Below, piece by piece: positions 39,250 to 50,290 of a stretch of DNA of 64,000 nucleotides. Under the pieces are notes generated by a model that was not told the DNA's origin, made no database searches, and saw only the letters and a list, made by a program, of their open reading frames with translations. The position numbers and the translations under genes were made by a program. The stretch's first letter is position 1. The number at the start of each line of letters is the position of its first letter. The DNA comes from Macrostomum lignano (Eukaryota): NCBI GenBank assembly GCA_002269645.1, contig NIVC01002814.1, positions 74,441 through 138,440 of the forward strand, in the 5' to 3' direction.

Positions 39250-40135
39250 ATCATTCTACCATACTCAGGTAGAACTGCATCATTCTACCATACTCAGGTA
39301 GAACTGCATCATTCTACCATACTCAGGTAGAACTGCATCATTCTACCATACTCAGGTAGAACTGCATCATTCTACCATACTCAGGTAGAACTGCATCATT
39401 CTACCATACTCAGGTAGAACTGCATCATTCTACCATACTCAGGTAGAACTGCATCATTCTACCATACTCAGGTAGAACTGCATCATTCTCCCATACTCAG
39501 GTAGAACTGCATCATTCTCCCATACTCAGGTAGAACTGCATCATTGCCATACTCAGGTAAAACTGAATCAATCTCCCATACTCAGGTAGAACTGCATCAT
39601 TCTCCCATACTCAGGTAGAACTGCATCATTGCCATACTCAGGTAGAACTGCATCATTCTACCATACTCAGGTAGAACTGCATCATTCTACCATACTCAGG
39701 TAGAACTGCATCATTCTCCCATACTCAGGTAGAACTGCATCATTCTCCCATACTCAGGTAGAACTGCATCATTCTCCCATACTCAGGTAGAACTGCATCA
39801 TTGCCATACTCAGGTAGAACTGCATCAATCTCCCATACTCAGGTAGAACTGCATCATTCTCCCATACTCAGGTAGAACTGCATCATTGCCATACTCAGGT
39901 AGAACTGCATCAATCTCCCATACTCAGGTAGAACTGCATCATTCTCCCATACTCAGGTAGAACTGCATCATTGCCATACTCAGGTAGAACTGCATCATTT
40001 TCCCATACTCAGGTAGAACTGCATCATTCTCCCATACTCAGGGGTAGAACTGCATCATTCTCCCATACTCAGGGGTAGAACTGCATCATTCCCCTAATAA
40101 CTCAGCTAGAACTGTATCATTCTCCCATACTCAGG
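39250..40135. repeat. 29-bp minisatellite in the GluCl intron
   Basis: Tandem CATTCTACCATACTCAGGTAGAACTGCAT. Confidence 0.96.
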
Positions 40136-41009
40136 TAGTTATTTTCACCTTAAATACCCAAAGAGTATGAAGTTAACAAAACCAGGATGATAAAGTTACT
40201 GACAATACTGCGATAAACTTGTTGAGTATTTTCCATTGCGATTCAGTAAAACTTTATCAGCAATTTTTACTTGTAGTTTTTCAGCCAAAATAACTGATGC
40301 ATGATGAAAACTCAAGTGGGCGACAGTTTCCGTACAGCAAGACTGTCTTTCTTCTTTTTTCTTTTCTCTCTCAGACAGGCCAAGCCAAAGTTAAAGTTTC
40401 TTCTGGCTTCGTAGTTTCTTCGCTAGCAACAATTTCAGCTGCTGCTGCTGCTGCTCCGATGCTGCAAGCGAGGAACGCTTCCGTATGGTAGGAGGCAGGC
40501 ATGGGTGAAACTGCTCGCCCCCCCCCCATTTCTCGCCATCGCGTTCACTCACTGCGGCTTTGAATAATTCATGGAAACCCAACAGGTATAGAGCGCCGGC
40601 GATGGCAGCCAGGCTTAAGCTGTCGTGTGTGAACGCACGGAGGCGGCTGTGAAACTCCATCTGTCTTAGGCGCTTCCTCTTCCGGGCATGAAAGCGCGCG
40701 CGTGTGTTAAAGAAAAAAATCTTACTACGAAGCCAGAGAACTGCAAGGCAGCTATGAGATGAAGCAACAATAGCACTATAAGCAGTACTATAGTTATCAA
40801 GCACCTTAAATACTGCTGCCATTCGAGCTGGTACGAGAGACTTCTTTGCCAATATTTACGCATCAGATCGTTTGTATAAATTTTGCATGGGACCAGAATT
40901 CGCTACTATCTTTCTAAACCTATAGCTTTTTCTGATGAAAGGTACCACTTTTCATCATTTAAAACTTTCATTATGAATAAGGCGGTAAACAATCTACCGT
41001 GTGTACTGC

Positions 41010-41175
41010 GATGATTTGGACATATTCAGTGAGGTCATATTCAGAGTGGAAATACCTGGGATGCTTCTAAGAAAATAAGTTGGCCTTGGAACAGTAAAGC
41101 ACAGACAACTCCATCTCTATTGTAAACAACCATAGTTGAAAGCATAATGGTTCTTTACGCCTCTGAGGCCTGGGG
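41010..41175 (+). mobile_element. Highly degenerate RTE-like RT C-terminal fragment
   Basis: Frameshifted TWDASKKISWPWNSK and TTIVESIMVLYASEAWG match AWxAFxKL..IWxS and TIVESILLYGSEAW. Confidence 0.5.
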
Positions 41176-41484
41176 AGGCTTTCGTTTCCTGGAACCTGGG
41201 ACCGAAGTCTAATTGAGAGGATCTATTTCCGATATCTTGTGCAGGCAACTCTAAAAGTTTGCCAAGATACTGAGAGTGATGGAGCAGCCCGCCTGGCGCT
41301 CAGTCGGAGACTCAGTTTACGGTGAGATTGGGATTGCAGCTAAAAATGAATAGAAAAATAATGCAAGACTGTCAACATGGACGAAGTAGCAAAATCAATC
41401 AGATAACAAAAACAAGTTAACTACAGCTCCAAATGGTACTACTTAACTGAAAAGTATACTCTAGAAATTTCCTATCTAAAATTG

Positions 41485-41775
41485 AATCTCACCCCAGATA
41501 AACGAATCTCACCCCTGATAGACGAATCTCACCCCAGATGGACGAATCTCACTCCAGATGGACGAATCTCACCCCAGATAGACGAATCTCACCCCAGATG
41601 GAAGAATTTCACCCCAGATGGAAGAATCTCACCCCAGATAAACGAATCTCACCACGAATTTCACCCCAGATGGAAGAATCTCACCCCAGATAAACGAATC
41701 TCACCACGAATCGCACCCCAGATGGACGAATCTCACCCCAGAGGGAAGAATGAAGAATTTAACCCCAGATGGAAG
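41485..41775. repeat. 20-bp minisatellite
   Basis: GACGAATCTCACCCCAGATG variants. Confidence 0.92.
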
Positions 41776-42344
41776 AAGGGTAGCGGCTAAAAGACGTGTT
41801 TGGGTTTTACAAACACACTGGTAGCTAACCAAGATGAAAATCTATGGTCTATGGTCAGAATTGCCAGTCGTGCTGACCCAAAACCGGTTTTATAAAGCTA
41901 TCAGACGGCTAGTTGGTATAGATATTTTACCAACTAACCGCTATCCAAGTCTGACATGGATTTTTTACACATACATGGGCTGCTAAACGCAGAAAAACAG
42001 CGATCTCCGCGTGTTTTTTGGAAAGGAGGAACTTTCTTGTCAACGCGAATTTTGAACAACGCTTTCGGGTAAATCCAACCATCTAAAAAGCTTCTGAGTG
42101 TCAATTCGTTCGGAAAGTCACGAGGGTTGTGAATGAACGGAGTAGCTGACATGGATTAGGGTGTTTATAAAATTGGCCCCCAGATGATTTTTTTTAACTT
42201 GTCCTTTTAGCCGTTGACATATGTATGCAAATGGGACAAAGAAGCGAAATAAATATAGTCTATGGCACAACTTGTCTAACCCCGGATTGTAACAGCGGAT
42301 AAACAGAAAAGGATTTTAGCAGTGGTTTATAAAATCGAGTTTTC

Positions 42345-44335
42345 TTAAACCCAGCGAACGCTCTATCTTGGCCCTCCTCGATTTTTGCAAGGCTTTTGAC
42401 AAAGTTTGGCGGGAACGCCTCATCACCATCATGGCCAAGAAAGCCGTCCCCCTCATTTTCATCAAATGGACGGCCGCCTTCCTCTGCCACCGCATAGCCA
42501 GAGTGCAAATGCACGGTTCGCTCAGCTCCCCCGTCATCTTACGCCAAGGCCTACCTCAAGGGTCGGTCATGGCCCCTTTTCTGTTTATCCTCTTTATTGA
42601 CACCGTCAACGACGCCGTCAGCCCTCCCGCGGAGCTCTCAATGTACGCCGACGATATCGCCCTCCTCGCGCGCCATCGCGCCAAGCTGGTCGCCCAAGGT
42701 CTTGTCCAATCCGCGCTGGACCAAGTCGCCCGCTGGAGCACCAACAACAAAATGGTGCTAAACCCCGTCAAGAGCGAATCTGCCTTCTTCTCCTCGGACC
42801 CCAGCGAAGCCTCCTGGTCTCCTCTTCTGCGCATCGCCGACAAGCCCCTGTGGCACAACCCCTCCCCACGCCTGCTCGGCCTCACGCTGGACCGCACGTT
42901 GAGCTTCCGTGGTCATCTGGAGTCTGTCTGTAATCGCACTACCTCTCGCTGCCGGATGCTTGCCTGTCTCGCATCCAAGGATTGGGGATGGAGCAAGAAA
43001 CTCATGCTTCGCATCTATAAGGCCATGCAACTCAGCATCATCAATTTTGTGGCCCCAACCTGACACCCCTGGCTTTCGGACTCTGCCTTTAGCCAGCTCG
43101 AGAGAGCTCAGAACGCCGCCCTCCGCATCGTCACTGGCCAACACCGCACGACTCCTGTCGAGGCCCTCAGGCTGGAAGCCGGCATTTGCTCCGTTCGCAC
43201 CGGAAGCAACGCCATCTGCCTCGCCGCTTTTGAAAGGGCGCTCCGCCTTCCGGCCTCCCACCCGTGCCACATCGTGGCCTCAGGCTCCACGCCACACCGC
43301 CTCCGCAGAAGCAGCTGGCGTCACCAAGCGTGCACGCAGCTGCCTCAGGTCGTTGCCTTCACCTCTCCGCGCGCCCCTATCTGCATGACGCGCCCGGCCC
43401 CGTGGGACGCGCCCCATGGTTTATCAATGACGTCCGCATTAACATGGACCTGCCTGAATTTGGCCCAGCTCGCACGACTACAGCCATCAGTTGTATCCGC
43501 TCGCTGCCAGGCCCGCTCATCATCTACTTTGACGGCTCGGCTGCCGGCGGCACATCCTGCGGCGGCGCCGCGGCGGTCATCACCGTCGGCGACCCCGAGA
43601 ATCCGACCGTCCTGGACACCCTCCGTCAACGCGGCGCTCCTTCCACTTCTTCTTTTGAGGAGGAGGTCCTTGCCGCTGCTCTCGCCATCAGCTGGATCAA
43701 TCAATCCGTCATCACGGGTGCCATCTGCATCTGCACGGACAGCCAGGCCCTCCTCCGCGCGCTCACCACCGGCAGCCCCGCTATCAGAGCCCAGCTTCCA
43801 TCCCCTAGTGTCGACATCTCCTGGCAATGGGTCCCTGGACACCAAAGCATCCCCGGCAACGAGCTCGCCGACCTCGCCGCCAAGGAGGCCACCTCGTTGG
43901 ACCTCCCCCTTGCCCTATCAGCCTGCGTAGCGCCAAAAACGCCATCTTCCGTACCTTCCAAGACCCGCCGATCAGTCACGACCGAACCCGTCACACTTAC
44001 AGCCAGCTCAACCGCCAACTGGAAGATGGCCTTATCACTGACCGCGCCGACGCCATGCTCCTCGCCCGCATCCGCTCGGGCCACTGTCTCCTTTTCCGCG
44101 CCTACCGCAGCGTCATCGACCCGTCGGTCGACCCTACGTGCGTCCGCTGCGGCCACCAATGCGACGACCTGGAGCAATGGCTGGACTGCCCTGCTCTAGC
44201 CGGCGCCAGGCTCCGCTTCCTCGGAGGACACACCATTGAACTCAGCAGCATCTCTGCCGATCCCCTCGGCCTGGTTGCGCTGGCCAAGCACTGCCTCTAG
44301 CTGTGCTTGGGCGCTTCCCACCACACACACACACA
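42345..44335 (+). mobile_element. 5'-truncated RNase H-containing non-LTR retrotransposon (I-group like), disabled
   Basis: RT motifs LLDFCKAFDKV, GLPQGSVMAP, YADD; RNase H YFDGS, TDSQ, WVPGHQSIPGNELADLAAK; C-terminal Cys motif; premature TGA at 43061 and frameshifts; (CA)n tail. Confidence 0.92.
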
Positions 44336-44339
44336 CACG

Positions 44340-44445
44340 CAGCAGCAGTGGCGGCGAGTGATTTTCACAGATGAGAGCCGCTTTCGATTGTTCCGTGCCG
44401 ACGGCCGCATTCGCGTGTGGCGCCAGCCGCGCCAGGAGATGCTGC
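44340..44445 (+). mobile_element. Tc1/mariner transposase catalytic-domain fragment
   Basis: QWRRVIFTDESRFRLFRADGRIRVWRQPRQE matches Tc1 W..V.FSDES.F.L...DGR..VWR. Confidence 0.8.
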
Positions 44446-44864
44446 CTGGTTCTGGGGATGCCCCGGAGAGTGAGCGCTCTGCTGCACGCACGTGGCTACT
44501 ATACGCGTTACTGACTCTGTTTTGGGCAAGTTGTCACCCATGCTCGCGTACTTTGTTTCTTTGCTGTTCCTTTGCTTCGTTTGAATCCGGATTATATATT
44601 TGTCTATGGCTCAAACCACGAATATCTCCACCCACCAAAACGTTGACCCTTCGCGCGCTAGGGTGGAAACTTTTCAATGTTGCTGAGTGTACATGTAGCG
44701 CATTTGGCCATGCGGCAGATTTTGTCTGCATTGCCTCCCCAGCTTAGTAAGTCTTAATAAAGAGATTTACCCGATCAAACGTTTTGATAGTAACTGCATA
44801 TCAAATGCATTTTTGGGGGGGGGGTATTGCAGAAAGAATCTAGCTGCCGAATGCGCTGCAGGAA

Positions 44865-44990
44865 AAAAGCATTGCGGGCAAACCTCGGCGGGCGATTCGC
44901 TCGCGGGCAATTTACTCGCGGGCAAAATGCACTGCGGGCAAATCTTGGCGGGCAATTCTCGGCGGGCAATTCTCGGCGGGCAAATCTCAT
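44865..44990. repeat. Short GCGGGCAA motif cluster, possibly subterminal repeats of a DNA transposon
   Basis: About 8 copies of (C)GCGGGCAA(A/T). Confidence 0.55.
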
Positions 44991-46751
44991 GGACCCGAAG
45001 TTCACTTCCTGTTTAATTGTAGTTGGAAGGAACTTCTATAGTATAGTGCTACCCGCGATAAATTTGAACAAGAAAACTTCTGAATAATTTTTGAAGTTTA
45101 TAAGCCTTCCCGTAGTGAAGAGGAGAAATTATTTTACCTAATGACTCAAGACGATAGGGCCATAATAGAAATTCTTGCAAAATTCATCAAATATACTCGT
45201 ACATGAAACAAGCCGAAATTCAACTGTCCTGGGGCTCCGAAAATAATAACCTAGAGCCAACTCTCGAATACTTTGTTTGCGTTCGAGAATTTATTTTAAC
45301 CTACGTTAAAATTTTGGAGAATTTTCTTTGACTAGGTTTTTTACTTGTATTTCTATTTTTCTATCCAACGCCATTATGTATGCTCAGAAGTCAGCAAAAT
45401 CTGGACTAGCAGAAGCGCGCAACGAAAATGGTAAACGTTGACAAAAGCGAGGAGGCTAACGACGCCGCCAAAGTCAACAATACGCTCGTAGCTCATCATC
45501 GCAAAGTATTCGATTATATCAATTCCCTGAAGCACCTTGACAGGGTCGACGCAGCAGGCGTCTTCTTTGACAATACGTTGACGTCTTCATTTCAAAACCA
45601 ACACGATGGCGATGTGAACAAGCCCCGAGTGTTTGTGATTTGCGTTTGACTCAGGATGTCACACTTGAACCAATCTTGCTGTCATTTCCGCCCAGGACCC
45701 TACCAACAATACGCTTGTAAAGCATAAAAGCAGCGTCATGTAAAAGATAAAAGAAACGTCATGTAAAACATACAAGAAGTAGCTCGTATAATGTCAAACA
45801 TAAACGAGACACCATGTAAAACAAAAAAGAAGCGTCATTCAAACATCAAAACAAGTGTAATGAAACATAAGGAGATGCCCAGGCTTGGAGGAATTGCTAA
45901 GATGTCAAGGCTTACAGGGGGAATAGAATTGCTAAGATGTAAATGCAAATAGGATGCACAATAATCGTCCCTCCGCTTATTGGCCGCCACAAAGTGGGGC
46001 ACAAGATTGCTAGTAGCTACGACCTAACTAAAATTAGCACAGTCATTTTTTCATGTTTTAAACCTGTTAATTAAGCTTTGACCCAACCAATTCACGATTT
46101 CAATCTATTGTAATTTGACCCAGGTGCATTTGGTCACTTGAATCGATTGAAAACAAGAGATCATGTTTTATGTCTTTGTTGCATCCTGGAAAATGAGATA
46201 CTATTCATGCCAAGCTTTGAAATAGAAAACATTCAAAACATTTAACAACCTTCCTCTCTGTCTTTATTAGTGCTAGAAAACTACGAAATTGAAACTCAGA
46301 TTTTGTTAAAAACTTGCCTAGCTAAAGGGACTCAGGCAGGTAGTTGACATAAAAAGTTTCGATTACTTTTAAGGGCTGGCTGGCTGTGCAAAAAGTTTGC
46401 AGTAAAATTTTCGTCATTTTTGCTTCATTCAATCGAGCTTTGTTTAATGATTTTGGTTGCTAAGGATAAACTTTTCAACAGAAAAACTAAAAAACTCACT
46501 TTTAGTCGGTGCAGAAAAATGTGAAAAATCAATGACACTCAAATCTGTTGCATAGGAAATGCGTTCAAAACGACGGAAAACAAAACATATTGCCCCGGAA
46601 CAAGCATTGACAATGGCATTCAATTGCAATAGAGTCACCATGGATTTTTGGACCTCGACATACTGGTTTTGTATGGATTTTCGGACCTTGGCCGTTGACA
46701 ATCACTAACTTATCTACTCATTAACTAGAAAATACATTCCATTATTCTCAC

Positions 46752-47748
46752 CCTTGATGTAGGAGACCCTCGGCAATTTCTGCAGAGTTGCGGCAGCCTG
46801 CGTAATCAGTGCCAAAATTGACAGCAGGCCCAGGGATATTCTGGCCGGCACAGCCTGATAGTCGATCCAGAAGGACACCCACGACAGCATCACCACAAGT
46901 ATAGATGGCAGATACGTGTAGATCAAATAGAAGCCAAACTTCCTAACCAGATGAAACTCCAGATAGAGGCAGGCAAATCTGCCAGTACTATTATAGGCTT
47001 TCATGCAAGCTCCGTGTCTTAAACGTGGAAATTCAAACTCGTTGACTTGCATCTTGCGGTTTAGTTCCACTTGTTGGTCTTCATTCCAGACGAGCTCCAG
47101 TTGGTCTAGCGAGTAGCCATAGCTGCCCATCTCAACTCGGCACACCTGACTGTCCATCGGAAAGTTCCACAGCGTCATTGGGCAGTCGAGCTTCACAGAC
47201 AGCTTCTGACTGAATAGGACGCTGCCCCAGTCTGGATAGACCCACAAGAGCAGGTTAGGCGTAGTGATAGTGTGCAGCCTGCCTTCCTTGGCGTTGCGGA
47301 AGAACAGATCAGGAATCCAGAGCCTGTCGCGCATGTAGTTCAATGAGAGCACCTCTTTGTCACTCGTAGAGGTGAATCGAAGTCTAGGATCGGTCCATCG
47401 CTGTCGGAGGAACATATCAACAGAATAGTCCATGTCGACTACGCTCACAGAGCTGATACTGTTCACAAAAATGTTGATCCGTACAATTGTAGCCGTAGAT
47501 GAAGCTACTTTGGTACCGTCGCGACAATTCGGCGGTCGATGATGCTTCTCGTAGCCGGCTAATAAGCGAGCTACGAACTCCGCTTCAGAGCTGGTGTTGG
47601 CAGCCCTGATTACGGGGGGCAGGCTGTCGCACCAACTTGAGTTGGGCTTGTTATTACCACCTGAATCAGCGGATACCGATGCAACTGCTAAACAAACGAC
47701 TGTGATAAATGTAACAAGTAACATTGTTGCAGAATTTGCTGCTAGCAT
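46752..47748 (-). CDS. GluCl: Cys-loop ligand-gated chloride channel (GluCl/GlyR-like) exon 1 (signal peptide, ECD, M1, M2)
   Basis: FLRQRWTDPRL, LWIPDLFF, Cys-loop CPMTLWNFPMDSQVC, loop C ACL, M1 YLPSILVVMLSWVSFW, anion-type PAR motif; donor G|GTGAGA; joined CDS 1692 nt = 563 aa. The exact ligand class is inference. Confidence 0.9.
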
Positions 47749-48429
47749 TTACCTCGGTGTCTTTCTTTGCAAAGAGAATTCGATGTAGAAAAGACAACCG
47801 ATTTCTGAATCCTTTTTAGCTCTGCTTCTACTTGAACAGAAAACTTTTTAGTCCAAAGAGAACGGAGGACAAAGGCGAGAAAATGGAGACACGGGACCAT
47901 CTGCCAATCAGAGGGCGCGATTCCCAGAACTACCAACTAGCAGGACTTTGAGTCTCAATAAGCCTCGCAATTTTTCTCAGAAGGCAAATTCTATTTCAAA
48001 TCCTATATCCTACACACTCTTTTTAATTCGTTTCTAACCCTGTGGATTCCAGGCAGGCTTTGCAGCTAAGCGCAAAGAGTTCAATCATTCAATTCTACGA
48101 CTACATTTCACTCAATTCTCTCCACTACAACGTTCAAATCTGCCCAATCCAATACTGACTGACCCCGGAGCTGGGAGCCGTCGGGTCTGCTAATCCAAGT
48201 TTCCGCATTTCGATTTCCGGCCCAATACGAGAGAAAAGGAGTGCAATGCTTGCCTGCCCGAAGATAGATCGCTGTTTAACTTTTGCTTTTGCTACCCACT
48301 ATGAAACATTCAAATTATACGCTGTGTACATTGAGAGTAATAAAGGTTCGTGCCAATCATCGAAAATCGTTAAATTAAATAGAAATTACTTAGTACGAGA
48401 TAGATAAATCATGTAGATCGAAAGACCCA

Positions 48430-49240
48430 ACCGACCCTAAAGAGTGGTTTGCAGACCCCACAAGGCTTAAAAAGCGGGTTGCAGACCCTACAGAGCCTGA
48501 AGAGTGGGTTGCAGACCCTACAGAGCCTGAAGAGTGGGTTGCAGACCCTATAGAGTCTGAAGAGTGGGTTGCAGACCCTACAAAGCTTAAAGAGCGGGTT
48601 GCAGACCTTACGAAGCCTGAAGAGTGGGTTGCAGACCCTACAGAGTCTGAAGAGCGGGTTGCAGACCCTACAAAGCCTAAAGAGCGGGTTGCAGACCCTA
48701 CAAAGCCTGAAGAGTGGGTTGCAGACCCTACAGAGCCTGAAGAGTGGGTTGCAGACCCTACAGAGCCTGAAGAGTGGGTTGCAGACCCTATAGAGTCTGA
48801 AGAGTGGGTTGCAGACCCTACAAAGCTTAAAGAGCGGGTTGCAGACCTTACGAAGCCTGAAGAGTGGGTTGCAGACCCTACAAAGCTTAAAGAGCGGGTT
48901 GCAGACCTTACGAAGCCTGAAGAGTGGGTTGCAGACCCTACAGAGCCTGAAGAGTGGGTTGCAGACCCTACAGAGTCTGAAGAGCGGGTTGCAGACCCTA
49001 CAAAGCCTAAAGAGCGGGTTGCAGACCCTACAAAGCCTGAAGAGTGGGTTGCAGACTTTACAGAGTCTGAAGAGCGGGTTGCAGACCCAACAGTCTGAAG
49101 AGTGGGTTGCAGACCCTACAGAGTCTGAAGAGTGGGTTACAGACCCAACAAAGACTGAAGAGTGGGTTGCAGACCCTAACAGAGTCTAAAGAAAGGGCTG
49201 CAGATACTGAAGAGTGGATTGCAGAGCCTACAGATGCAAA
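48430..49240. repeat. 30-bp minisatellite between GluCl and MRNIP
   Basis: GCAGACCCTACAGAGCCTGAAGAGTGGGTT. Confidence 0.96.
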
Positions 49241-49505
49241 TCCGATGTTGCGGAATCAGAGCTTAAGGAACAGATTATAGACTCTCAAGGAGTGTTATTT
49301 TTCGAATTTTTTGAACAGCTTAAATAAATCATCTAAAGTGTGACTATTTTTTACAAGAAACTGCTTGTCTTGAATTTGAAACAAATTGATGAGCAATTAC
49401 CTGTAATATATTTATTGAAAAAGCGCCACTGATTATACTACTACTACTAAAAATACTACTAATGACAGAATGTTCAGGAAAAGAAGATTAAAAAGTCCAT
49501 TTTTT

Positions 49506-49820
49506 TCACAGAAAAACATTCCAATCAATTTTCGAATCCTGTTGCGGCTTCTCCGATTGCTGCTGCTGACTCTGAGCTTCATCAGTGTGAGCATAATCAG
49601 CCTCCTCCTGAGCAGCTGCCTGTTCAGCCTCTCCTCTGCGCATGTTAAACGATTGAGCAGCCTCGCGACAAGCCTTCGCCACGCCCTGAGCATAGACTCG
49701 CAAATAGGACTGCTTGAGTCCGCACAGACTGCACTGCCAACGCTTGGCGGCTGCCTGTTTGCACTGGTGCACCTGGAAAGCGCTACACTGCACACAGCGG
49801 AGCACCTGGTATTCCGGCAT
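49506..49820 (-). CDS. MRNIP: MRN complex-interacting protein homolog (zinc-ribbon N-terminal domain), 104 aa
   Basis: VLRCVQCSAFQVHQ...WQCSLCGLKQSYLRVYAQG.AKACR matches MRNIP VLRC..C..FQ.HQ..K..KW.C..CG.KQS....Y..G...DCR. Confidence 0.87.
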   Translation of the reverse strand: MPEYQVLRCVQCSAFQVHQCKQAAAKRWQCSLCGLKQSYLRVYAQGVAKACREAAQSFNMRRGEAEQAAAQEEADYAHTDEAQSQQQQSEKPQQDSKIDWNVFL

Positions 49821-49984
49821 TGTTTGGAAGTGGAAAAAATTGCTGCAATTTCAATATCAACTGCGTTATAAGAGTTATTCAAGATTGGGTAATTTTAACT
49901 AGCAGTGTAGTAAAGTTTTCATAGCGTTTAGAAATACATATTTTACCTAAGGCAATTTCCCTCAGTGCTGGCTAGAAGGGAGTT

Positions 49985-50290
49985 CTTTAGACCAAGTGTA
50001 GGTAAACTATGGCCCGCGAAGCCTCCCCCCCCTCTATCTGGCTCTTGAATCCTTTGAATCCGGCCTGCTCAAGCTTTTGTGTCTCTTTTTAGCTCTCTTA
50101 CTTCCTCTCTGCACTCTTCTCTCTTCATCTATTCTCATTCCATATCTCATAATATCTCTCTCATCTTTTTTCACTTCTTTCATCTCTCAGCTATTCATTC
50201 TCTTTTCCTCTCTCATCTGACCCGAAGACATGAGCTGGTATCTTTATTTGGCCCTTCAAGCAAAAAAGTTTGCCAATCGTTGCTTTAGAC
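49985..50290. mobile_element. Non-autonomous hAT-type element (49993-50282) with perfect 8-bp TSD
   Basis: CTTTAGAC on both sides; imperfect TIRs CAAGTGTAGGTAAACT / reverse complement CAACGATTGGCAAACT; subterminal GGCCC motifs. Confidence 0.8.

Noticed and set aside
40560-40650. BIR-domain resemblance of RLRAF...AIAGALYLLG
   Set aside because: Lacks the Cys/His zinc ligands and the Trp-Pro motif of BIR domains
49470-49871. 133-aa + strand ORF
   Set aside because: Antisense shadow of the MRNIP coding region
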